NCBI GenBank assembly: GCA_038903735.1
Contig: JBCKLP010000002.1
Location: 1 to 62,559 of the forward strand
DNA: 62,559 nucleotides
Origin: Burkholderiales bacterium
Lineage (GTDB): Bacteria > Pseudomonadota > Gammaproteobacteria > Burkholderiales > SG8-39
Direction of reading: 5' to 3'
Below the pieces are notes generated by a model, which was given only the letters and a program-made list of their open reading frames with translations, did no database searches and was not told the DNA's origin. The stretch's first letter is position 1; every line of letters begins with the position of its first letter. Positions 46,896 to 54,322 of the stretch are shown here, piece after piece. Made by a program: the position numbers and the translations under genes.

Positions 46896-46943
46896 GCATT
46901 TTAGGCTAGCCTGGATTTCCACGGACCAGGGTTAGCCTAATGC
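46896..46943. other. Long imperfect hairpin in the leader/promoter region of the minus-strand polysaccharide operon
   Basis: GCATTTTAGGCTAGCCTGG (46896-46914), an 11-nt loop, then CCAGGGTTAGCCTAATGC (46926-46943). Paired blocks are GCATT, AGGCTA and CCTGG, with small bulges. It lies 46-93 nt upstream of the start at 46850. Confidence 0.4.
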
Positions 46944-47033
46944 CAAAGTCTGAACAACTTCTGTCAACATTTAACTGCTTAGAGACTAAATGGGGTCGTG
47001 TTCGATTAGATCTGAATAAAAAATGCTCTGCCC

Positions 47034-47065
47034 ACGCCCGCCTTGCGCGGGCGTTGTTGTTTGTG
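47034..47065. terminator. Candidate intrinsic terminator hairpin downstream of the ORF6N gene
   Basis: 8-bp GC stem ACGCCCGC/GCGGGCGT (47034-47041 and 47047-47054) with loop CTTGC. A T-rich tract TGTTGTTTGTGTG follows on the plus strand. On the minus strand the T run starts only 9 nt after the stem, so orientation and function are uncertain. Confidence 0.3.
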
Positions 47066-47068
47066 TGC

Positions 47069-47643
47069 TCAGCCGCGCTTCTTCTCCTCGGGGTGGATGA
47101 AGCCGATGGGGCGGCGCTTGGGTTCTGACGGGGCCATGAGTTGGCGGATGGCCTCCAGAATGCCGGTGATGGCCTGGTCGTGGGTGGAGAGCTTCTTCTC
47201 GATGCGCGCTTCGAGCTCATCCAGGCGCTTGGCCAGTTCTTTGTTGCTGGCAATTACCGCGCGCAGGCGCACGAAGGCGCGCATGACCTCGATGTTAACC
47301 TGCACGGCCTGGCGGCTCCTGAGGACCGAGGAGAGCATGGCCACGCCCTGCTCGGTGAAGACGTAGGGGGCGTAACGCCGGCCGCCACGGCCGGGGACGT
47401 TTGAGATCACAGATTGTGATCTCAAAGAATCGACTTCCTCGGGCCAAGCTGGAACAGAAAATCCTCGGGAAAGCGCTCCAGATTGCGCTTGACCGCCTGC
47501 ACGAGCGTGCGCGTCTCGACGCCGTAGAGAGTGGCCAGGGTTTGGTCGAGCAGCACCTTGTGGCCGCGAAGGAGGAGGATCGCCTGCGCGATTCTCTCGG
47601 CCGGTACGAGGGCTGCTGTCTTGCTCTTCTTGTTGATGGGAAT
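47069..47643 (-). pseudogene. ORF6N (KilA-N-related DNA-binding) domain protein, frameshifted
   Basis: Upstream part (own translation): ..[57 protein letters not shown], then out of frame. The downstream frame is [40 protein letters not shown].. (ORF 47069..47425). The two halves join if one C is added to the C3 run (plus-strand GGG 47441-47443). No canonical start codon is present (ATT 47643 or ATC 47637). Confidence 0.65.
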
Positions 47644-47870
47644 CTCCCTTTGTCTCTTTAACGAACCGGGTAGTCGGGTGTAGCGTGGCTATGCTGAATC
47701 TGCATGGACTCGCGACGAAGCGATGGCGCGCTATCGCTCTGGGTCTGCAGGGATGGTTCGAATTGATATTGATTCACTCGACTTTTCAGACATACAAGAC
47801 ACCGACTGGGATTTGAACAACCGCAAGACGTTCACATTCCGCAACAAGCAGGACTATGGGGTCCACTATA

Positions 47871-48115
47871 GAGAATGGAAAAGGCAAGGACCCGCGCGCT
47901 TCGCACGCAAGGGATATCCCCGAGATTGATACGGGGTGCGATTGCTGAATCCGATAACCGACCTTGCCAGACAAGTATGCCACGCCTTGGGTTCTATTTA
48001 TAAATGTTTAACTTTATAGATCGATTCACTGGGTGGCCGGTGCTGCCTGGCGGCTTAAGAAAGGATCGCCGGGACGGTTGCATGCGAGCCGCGCGCGGTG
48101 GAAAATTGTCATTGC
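47871..48115. repeat. Direct repeat A, copy 1 (245 bp)
   Basis: Collinear with 50890-51134 at a constant offset of 3019 nt. My manual alignment gives 14 mismatches and no gaps. Similarity ends abruptly on both sides. Confidence 0.9.
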
Positions 48116-48351
48116 TGAGCACGGTCATCGATCTTGATGGGAAACTGATCGTTCTTGGTCAAATTCGATGATGTATCGGGGGTCAATACCATCAGCAAAG
48201 GTGACCAGGATTTCCCTCTTGCAAGCAAGCAGTTATAGCCGTCAGAATCAAACACGCTGGCATGAATAATGCCGCAGTGGTGCTGTGGAGGCCATAGGGG
48301 CCACGTATTTGCTGAATCGAACATCGGATCCGAGCGATTCGCCATCACCAA
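48109..48351 (-). CDS. Hypothetical protein (80 aa), family not recognised
   Basis: ORF-track call. Its TGA overlaps the ATG of a 28-codon ORF inside repeat A. No motif I can name, so coding status is uncertain. Confidence 0.3.
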   Translation of the reverse strand: MVMANRSDPMFDSANTWPLWPPQHHCGIIHASVFDSDGYNCLLARGKSWSPLLMVLTPDTSSNLTKNDQFPIKIDDRAQQ

Positions 48352-48381
48352 TCATGAAAATCACAACATCAAATCCGGTGA

Positions 48382-48789
48382 CCACACTCATTCATGACGC
48401 CCGATCCTATGGTGCAGGCGCCGTACAACCTTCAGTCCTATAACCGGTACACGTATGGCTTCAACAACCCGATGGCCGGAACAGATCCATCACGCTATGG
48501 GTTTTTTAGCGACCTTCTTGACAGCTTCGCAAATTTCTTTGATAAGAATATCGAGACGGTGCTCCCAGTTGTGGTCGGTGTGGCAATCGGTGGGCCGTTT
48601 GGCACTGCGATTGGAAGCTACGCGGGCGCTGCCGCGGGTGGGTACCTTGGTGGATACATTTCTAGCGACGGTGATCCAAGAGCAGCGTTGACTGGTGCAT
48701 TTACCGCGGCGTTGGTTCACAGTGTGTCCCAGGGCTCCGAAAAATGGAGCAATGGGGAAAAGTGGCTGCGCATGCGCTGGTGTACGTGA
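48382..48789 (+). pseudogene. Orphan Rhs/YD-repeat C-terminal tip: conserved core end plus a glycine-rich variable tail. No upstream core is present.
   Basis: The frame opens at 48382 after a TGA: PHSFMTPDPMVQAPYNLQSYNRYTYGFNNPMAGTDPSRYGFF.. This resembles the (R)F-x-x-PDP...N-x-Y-x-Y-x-x-NNP...DPSG boundary motif of Rhs cores. It is followed by ..VVVGVAIGGPFGTAIGSYAGAAAGGYLGGYI... Confidence 0.65.
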
Positions 48790-48972
48790 TGGTCCCTTCT
48801 TTTTACTTTTGGTCGGATTTCTTGGCGCCGTGGGTGCGAGCGTGTTCTGGTTTATTGTGCGAACTGATAATCGGAAAAGCTCCGGGATAGTAGGAAATCC
48901 TCCGGGCCAGTGACGAAATAAATTCTGGAGGAACTCAATAGGCCGGTGCCTCGTTGAATGCGAGGAATTGTT

Positions 48973-49320
48973 TTACCCGACGATGGTATTGATGGTCTTG
49001 CGCAGTGTTTGCTGTTCATCGGGATCGAGCTGTCCGAGGCTGCGCAGCACGAGCGAAGCCTCGATGGTGGTGATAAGCGGTTTGACCGCCGAGGGTTTGA
49101 GCAACCCCGCGCCCTTCCAGTTGCCGATGGTCATCTCGCCCATGGTGCCGGCGGGCCGCAACTGACTGGTGACCGCCATGATGACCAGATCGGGCCGCGC
49201 GGCGTGATACGCGGCACTTGAGATCACCACCGCGGGGCGCTTCTTGGTGGCGCTCTGGTCGGTGAAGGGGAATGGAACTAAAACGATGTCGCCAAAGCTA
49301 TAGCGTGTCGTAGGCGGCAT
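48973..49320 (-). CDS. Type II toxin, PemK/MazF family
   Basis: 115 aa. ..YSFGDIVLVPFPFTDQSATKKRPAVVISS..DLVIMAVTSQ..KPSAVKP.. is the MazF/PemK SH3-like fold signature. Overlaps the upstream small ORF by 23 nt. Confidence 0.85.
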   Translation of the reverse strand: MPPTTRYSFGDIVLVPFPFTDQSATKKRPAVVISSAAYHAARPDLVIMAVTSQLRPAGTMGEMTIGNWKGAGLLKPSAVKPLITTIEASLVLRSLGQLDPDEQQTLRKTINTIVG

Positions 49321-49501
49321 CGTCCTCGTTCTCCCACAGGCGCCCGAAGGCCGGTTCAGCCGCGCGCGCGGCGTCGCGGGTGGTTGAGCGCTCCTCGTTA
49401 CGTGCTCGCAGGAAGTCGACGAAATCCTCCACCTCGGCCACGCGCTCGGGGGGCAGGCTTTTGAGTTTCTCCAGGATCACTTGCTCGTTGGGGTGGTTCA
49501 T
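49298..49501 (-). CDS. Putative antitoxin partner of the PemK/MazF toxin
   Basis: 67 aa. ..LKSLPPERVAEVEDFVDFLRARN.. (DUF2281-like motif) with an acidic C-terminus. Position and overlap are typical of antitoxin-toxin pairs. Confidence 0.7.
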   Translation of the reverse strand: MNHPNEQVILEKLKSLPPERVAEVEDFVDFLRARNEERSTTRDAARAAEPAFGRLWENEDDAAYDTL

Positions 49502-49512
49502 CGTCTGTCTCC

Positions 49513-49899
49513 TTAGCGGCTTGCCTGGGCGAGCACCGTATCGAGCATTTCCATGACGAATCGCTGCTTGGGCTTGGGCAGTTGCGTGATGCGCTCCATG
49601 TGCTGCTGCAGCTTCGGCGTGGGGCCGCGCTTGGGGGCCGGCTCCGATTCCCCGATCAAGGCTTCGAGGCTCACGCCAAGGGAGCGCGCCAGGCGCGGCA
49701 GCATCGAGGCGGGCACCTTGAGCCGCGCGACCTCGTAGGAGGCCACCTGCTGCTGTGTGGTACCCAGCAACTCGGCGAGTTGCTGTTGGGTGAGGCTTTG
49801 CTCGCGGCGCAGTTGCGCGATGCGCGCGCCGAGCTCCTTGAAAAAGCGTTTCTCTTCCTGGGACATGGTGTCGATTGAGTGGTTGAAGAATGTGCCCAT
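49513..49899 (-). CDS. XRE-family helix-turn-helix transcriptional regulator
   Basis: ..LGARIAQLRREQSLTQQQLAELLGTTQQQVASYEVARLKVPASMLPRLARSLGVSLEALIG... The start is ambiguous (ATG 49899 or 49866; the track start at 49977 is unlikely). Divergent from the primase fragment. Confidence 0.8.
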   Translation of the reverse strand: MGTFFNHSIDTMSQEEKRFFKELGARIAQLRREQSLTQQQLAELLGTTQQQVASYEVARLKVPASMLPRLARSLGVSLEALIGESEPAPKRGPTPKLQQHMERITQLPKPKQRFVMEMLDTVLAQASR

Positions 49900-50027
49900 G
49901 GAAGATAACCCCGGAAACAGTGGTGACGTGGAATTACCGTTGACTTTACACCAAAATAGCGTAATCAGCCGATCCAATTATTTTATTGCCAAACCTCTTG
50001 ACAGGTTTTTACGAGGAGACCGAATTC

Positions 50028-50753
50028 ATGGCGAGAATCCCCGAGGCGGAAATCGAGCGGCTAAAAAGTGAAATCTCCGTGGAGCGCCTGGTCGAGGGCT
50101 CGGGTGTGCCCCTGAAGAAATCGGGCAAGGACCTGCTCGGCAAATGCCCGTTCCACGATGACCGCGAGGCGAGTCTGGTGGTGACCCCGGCGAAGAACCT
50201 GTGGCACTGCTTCGGGTGCGCTCTGGGCGGTGGGCCGATCGATTGGGTGATGAAGGCGCAGGGGGTGAGTTTCCGGCACGCGGTGGAGTTGCTGCGCGAA
50301 GGGGTCCCTGCTTTAGCTGCCAAGGGTCCGGCGCGTTCGAGAACGCGGGTGCTGCCGGCACCGGTGGCGCCCGATGCGGAGGACGCGCAGTTGCTTGGCC
50401 AGGTGGTGGGCTATTACCACGAGACCTTGAAGGCGAGCCCGGAGGCGCTGGCGTATCTGGGCGCGCGGGGGATCGGCAGTGCCGAGGCGATTGACCGATT
50501 CAAGCTTGGCTATGCGAACCGCACGCTAGGCCTTCGCCTGCCGGAAAAGACTCGCAAGGCCGGGCTGGAGATCCGCACGCGCCTGGAGCGCCTTGGGATT
50601 TACCGCGCCTCGGGCCATGAGCACTTCAATGGGTCGCTGGTGATTCCGGTGGCCGATGAACACGGCACCGTGACCGAGGTGTACGGCCGGAAGATTCGTG
50701 ATGATCTGCGACCGGGGACGCCGGCGCACCTGTATTTGTGGCCGCCAGGCTGA
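50028..50753 (+). pseudogene. DNA primase, CHC2 zinc-finger type (plasmid/phage-like), 3'-truncated
   Basis: ATG at 50028: MARIPEAEIERLKSEISVERLVE..GKCPFHDDREASLVVTPAKNLWHCFGCALGGGPIDWVM... It ends ..GTPAHLYLWPPG-stop after 241 aa, within the region where the TOPRIM domain should begin and where related enzymes continue. Unrelated sequence follows. Confidence 0.7.
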
Positions 50754-50889
50754 TCGTGCGTTATGTCTGGCACCCCGGCCGGCGACACGTGCACAGCGTG
50801 CGTGCCGCACCCTGTCCACGCCCAAAGCCAGTCAGCACGGCACGGCTTTGCCGTCGCCGCGGGTGTCTATCCCGCGCGCGTCGCGCGAG

Positions 50890-51134
50890 GAGAATGGAAC
50901 AGGCAACGACCAGCGCGCTTCGCACGCAGGGAAAGTCCCCGAGATTGATACGGGGTGCGATTGCTGAATCCGATAACCGACATGGCCATACAAGTATGCC
51001 ACGCCTTGGGTTTTATTAATAAATGTTTAACTTTATAGATCGATTCACTGGGTGGCCGGTGCTGCCTGGCGGCTTAGGAAAGGATCGCCGGGACGGTTGC
51101 ATGCGAGCCGCGCGCGGTGGAAAATTGCCATTGC
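50890..51134. repeat. Direct repeat A, copy 2 (245 bp)
   Basis: See copy 1. 231 of 245 positions are identical, with no indels. Confidence 0.9.
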
Positions 51135-51363
51135 CAGCCGTTGAACCATAAATCGGTGGAGCCATCAGCTTGGAATCCTTGCAAAGACCACAATCGGCAC
51201 ACACGCATGATCTGATCTAGCCACGCGGTCCGGAATTTGCCAGCCAATTGCTCCGATTAAGAGCATTTGTTGTTGACGTGCATGGTAAATCCTGAACGCG
51301 GAAGTGACCACGCGCTCAACGAAAACATCAATCCGCATGTGATTTAAAAGTCTACGGTTCTCA

Positions 51364-52158
51364 ATGAACAAGAATGTAACCATTCTCATCCCGACGTACA
51401 ACCACGGCAGCGTTCTGCCCTATCAGATCGAGTCCCTGCTTCATCAGACGGTACCGCCCGAGCGAATCGTCATTCTGGATGATGGCTCTACCGATGATAC
51501 CCACGTGGTGCTGAACAGGTACGCCGGGAAGAAAGGCATCGAGGTGGTGCGACAGGATCGCAATATCGGTATCCATGCCGGGATGAACATTTTACTGAAT
51601 CATGTGGAGACCGAGTACTTTGCGTTTGCCGCGGCGGACGATGTATTGACGGCGGTGTGGTGTGAAGTCAATGCGACGCTTCTGGAGAAATACCGCTCCG
51701 CAAAAATGGCGATATCGAATTCCTTTATTTCTGAAGACGGCCGGTTCTGCGTTACCAATCTGATCAGGGACTTGAACGGCCGCGGGGAAGGCGCGTACAC
51801 ACCCGGGGAATACATCGCGTCCTACCTGAAATCCGGGAAATTGCCGCCGTCGAACACGATTATGTATCGAACCGACATTATCGAGGAACTGGTCAGACCG
51901 ATAATCTCCCGCAAGGACTTGAGTTCCCTGACCGACGTACTGCTGATGCTGGCGATAGCGACAAGGTATCCCGTGGCTTATTCAACCCAGCCGACCGGGG
52001 TATTTTTCCGCAGCAGGGAAAGCTACGGGAGCGCTTTCTATTCGGCCGCCCATCTGAAGGAAATGATCGCCAAGGTCGAGAGGTTTTCCAGCGTGGAGGG
52101 ATACATTCAGAATAGTGACGTTGTCCGTACTTTGAAAGGATTTCTTGAGTACATCTGA
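51364..52158 (+). CDS. Glycosyltransferase family 2 (orphan, outside the main operons)
   Basis: 264 aa. ..VTILIPTYNHGSVLPYQIESLLHQT..IVILDDGSTDDT..FAFAAADDV.. (GT-A DxD context). The frame stays open for 77 more codons after the TGA at 52156-52158. Confidence 0.8.
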   Translation: MNKNVTILIPTYNHGSVLPYQIESLLHQTVPPERIVILDDGSTDDTHVVLNRYAGKKGIEVVRQDRNIGIHAGMNILLNHVETEYFAFAAADDVLTAVWCEVNATLLEKYRSAKMAISNSFISEDGRFCVTNLIRDLNGRGEGAYTPGEYIASYLKSGKLPPSNTIMYRTDIIEELVRPIISRKDLSSLTDVLLMLAIATRYPVAYSTQPTGVFFRSRESYGSAFYSAAHLKEMIAKVERFSSVEGYIQNSDVVRTLKGFLEYI

Positions 52159-52473
52159 GCAAAACAGATCATCCTGAATCAGTACGCGGAAAGCCGGGCC
52201 GCAGGCAGAGGCGTGGGGAACATTTACAACGCCGCACTTTGTTATCTACGCTTGCTTCGTGAATTTCTGGTCCAACACCGATACAGCTACCTGAGCGGGC
52301 CCCGATCCGTGAGTCCCGTTCAGGAGGCGGAATTGAATAAATTCATTCACCCCAGCGTTGCGGGCCGCTTCAGATCTCATCAGGCTCGTTGATTGGTCTT
52401 GAGTCGGAGGATCGATGCAGGTTCCGGCGCAAAGGTGACGTGCTGGAATCAGGTGAACGCGAACTGGCCGGAT

Positions 52474-52685
52474 GCGCTGGGTTTGGAGGCGCCTGGCATA
52501 GCCGTGCTGTTTCCGGCGCTGCTGAAAGAGATGGGCGAGGTTTAGCAGCAGGGCGCGAAGCGACACCGGCAGCCGCGGAAATACTCGAATATTACTTAAA
52601 CAGACAACCCAACTGGCTGGGGATGCCTGCCACACCTGATTCTCCATCATGGAAAGTGAAAGAATTCTACGGGACAGCTACGGAC
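52474..52685. repeat. Direct repeat B, copy 1 (~212 bp, imperfect)
   Basis: Aligns with 53929-54140. The first ~130 nt are well conserved (..CATAGCCGTG-TGTTTCCGGCGCTGCTGAAAGAGAT.GGCGAGGT..AAATACTCGAATATTACTTAA.CAGACAACC..). The last ~35 nt are also conserved (GAAAGTGAAAGAA....ACGGGACAGCTACGGAC). The middle ~40 nt are divergent. Confidence 0.8.
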
Positions 52686-52686
52686 C

Positions 52687-53051
52687 GGCGGCAATATCAC
52701 CAGCACACACACCTATGACGCCCTGCTCCGGATGACCGCCGTGGCAGGAGGTGGTCTGTACGCGCAGACCTTCGCCCATGACACGCTGGGCAACCTGACC
52801 CACCGCGTGGACACCTGCCTCAACCCGGAGGTCACCGAGAATTCACCTACGACAGCCTGAACCGGCTCACCAAGGCCACGGTGTCGGGAGGTTCGGACCG
52901 CGACACCGCCTTCTCGGCGATCGGCAACATCACCTCCAAGTCGGACGTGGGCACCTATACCTACCTGTCGGTCAGCAGCGCGCGCCCGCACGCGGCAGCA
53001 CCCAAACACCGATCCCGCCGATTCAGTTGTCGACGCTGTCGCGACAATTAG
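52687..53051 (+). pseudogene. Rhs/YD-repeat core fragment, frameshifted
   Basis: GGNITSTHTYDALLRMTAVAGGGLYAQTFAHDTLGNLTHRVDTCLNPEVTEN, then a 1-nt loss near 52842, then (E)FTYDSLNRLTKATVSGGSDRDTAFSAIGNITSKSDVGTYTYLS..ARPHA... The YD-x-x-x-R-L/GN-L/I-T periodicity is typical of Rhs repeats. Confidence 0.65.
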
Positions 53052-53156
53052 GCGCCCCTTGGACGCAGGCGGCCGGGCACATGGTGCTGCCATCCACCGG
53101 TCACCCACTGAAAGGAGAGAGTGGAAAAGTATGCCCGTAACGGGTATGCTTCGGCT

Positions 53157-53550
53157 GTGAAGAAGCCAATCGAATTCCTCAAACGCAAGGACTTCGCGCG
53201 GTGGCAGGCGGGCGAGAAACTGCCTGATGCCGCCTTGTGTAAGGCGGCCAAAGAGATGGAAGATGGTCTGATTGATGCGGACTTGGGTGGCTTCCTCTAC
53301 AAGAAGCGGGTCGCCCGTCCGGGTGGCGGAAAGAGCGGCGGCTACCGCACGCTGTTGTCGGCCCGGATCGGCACCCGCTATGTGTTTCTGCACGGGTTCT
53401 CGAAGAGCGCCACGGAGGACATCACGCAGGACGAGAAGAAGGCGCTGCAGTACGGCGGGCAAGGTGTTCCTGGAATTGCCTGCCGCAGCGCTGTTGAAGG
53501 TATTGCAAACAGGCGTTCTACTGGAGGTGCATTGTGAGCAAGATCATTGA
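53157..53550 (+). pseudogene. RelE/ParE-superfamily toxin (COG4737/DUF1044-like), frameshifted near the 3' end
   Basis: GTG at 53157: VKKPIEFLKRKDFARWQAGEKLPDAALCKAAKEMEDGLIDADLGGFLYKKRVARPGGGKSGGYRTLLSARIGTRYVFLHGFSKSATEDITQDEKKALQY. The family-typical C-terminus (AGKVFLELPAAALLKVLQTGVLLEVHCEQDH) is in the +1 frame, ending at 53550. The frames meet at GGCGGG 53454-53459. Confidence 0.65.
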
Positions 53551-53836
53551 ATCCCTGCGCGGCGATCTGGCCGCGTTACACGAGGCTGGAGCGATCGGCA
53601 AGGTGACGATGCGCGAGTTCGACATGATCTGCCCGCCGCCGGTGCGCGAATTTAGCGCCACGGAAATCAAGCGGCTGCGCGAAGCGTTGAAGTTTAGCCA
53701 ACCGGTGTTCGCGCACCATTTGCACACATCTGCATCCACGGTGCGTAAATGGGAGCAAGGCGACACGCGGCCGGCAGGGCCAGCGCTCAAGCTGCTCAAC
53801 GTCATCGCCGACAAAGGCCTGGAGGCCATCATCTGA
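53534..53836 (+). CDS. Helix-turn-helix antitoxin (COG2944/NadS-like partner of the RelE-like toxin)
   Basis: 100 aa. ..EFSATEIKRLREALKFSQPVFAHHLHTSASTVRKWEQGDTRPAGPALKLLNVI... Start is the GTG at 53534. Confidence 0.8.
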   Translation: MSKIIESLRGDLAALHEAGAIGKVTMREFDMICPPPVREFSATEIKRLREALKFSQPVFAHHLHTSASTVRKWEQGDTRPAGPALKLLNVIADKGLEAII

Positions 53837-53928
53837 AGGAGTCGGTGGCACATCGAGGGTCATCCACGCGCCCCGAACCAGTATTCCGTCTTGACCCACG
53901 GCGGTTTTTGATGGATATGCCCCTGGAC

Positions 53929-54140
53929 GCGCTGGGTCTGGATGCGCCTGCCATAGCCGTGGTGTTTCCGGCGCTGCTGAAAGAGATCGGCGAGGTATGG
54001 CAGCAGGGCGAAAGGCGACATCGGTAGACTCGCAAATACTCGAATATTACTTAATCAGACAACCAAACTTGCCGGTAATGTGCGCCCTGCGTGCCTTTCC
54101 GTTATAGAAAGTGAAAGAAATGGACGGGACAGCTACGGAC
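53929..54140. repeat. Direct repeat B, copy 2 (~212 bp, imperfect)
   Basis: See copy 1. Confidence 0.8.
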
Positions 54141-54322
54141 GAAATTCGGTAGTGTCCACCAGTATCGACACCAGCTATGGGGTGACCACCACCTACGACG
54201 GCTCGGGCCGTGTCGAAATCGTCCAGTACCCGACCGGGTTCATGACCAAGAACGTCTACAACGGTTACGGTCATTTGTGGAAGGTGCAGCGCGATGACTC
54301 CGGGGACGGCACGGTGTTCTGA
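54080..54322 (+). pseudogene. Rhs/YD-repeat fragment
   Basis: ..RDSYGRNSVVSTSIDTSYGVTTTYDGSGRVEIVQYPTGFMTKNVYNGYGHLWKVQRDDSGDGTVF-TGA. After the TGA the frame reads QANTKDAA.., where Rhs proteins typically have W-x-A-x-x-x-DA. Weak repeat-like sequence continues to ~54430. Confidence 0.6.

Noticed and set aside
46992-47012. tRNA-like string GGGGTCGTGTTCGATTAGATC (T-loop-like TTCGATT) that could mark a tRNA-derived att site.
   Set aside because: The flanking bases cannot form a T-stem or an acceptor stem, and no cloverleaf can be drawn.
46851-47068. A JUMPstart/ops (GGCGGTAG) antiterminator element upstream of the polysaccharide and rfb operons (also checked 58647-58788).
   Set aside because: The motif is absent on the relevant strand in both leaders. 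GGCGGCGTG near 58720 is on the waaC side and does not match.
47934-47960. GTGCG inside repeat A as the 5' end of a group II intron.
   Set aside because: No reverse transcriptase/maturase ORF is present, I could not find a domain V-like hairpin, and the enclosed 2.8 kb encodes unrelated genes.
47871-54140. A CRISPR array or integron cassette array as an explanation for repeats A and B.
   Set aside because: There are only two copies of each repeat, at 245 and ~212 bp, which is far longer than CRISPR repeats. No cas genes are present. RYYYAAC-like strings occur (GTTTAAC in A, ACCCAAC in B1), but there is no matching inverse GTTRRRY partner, no attC-type imperfect palindrome and no intI in the window.
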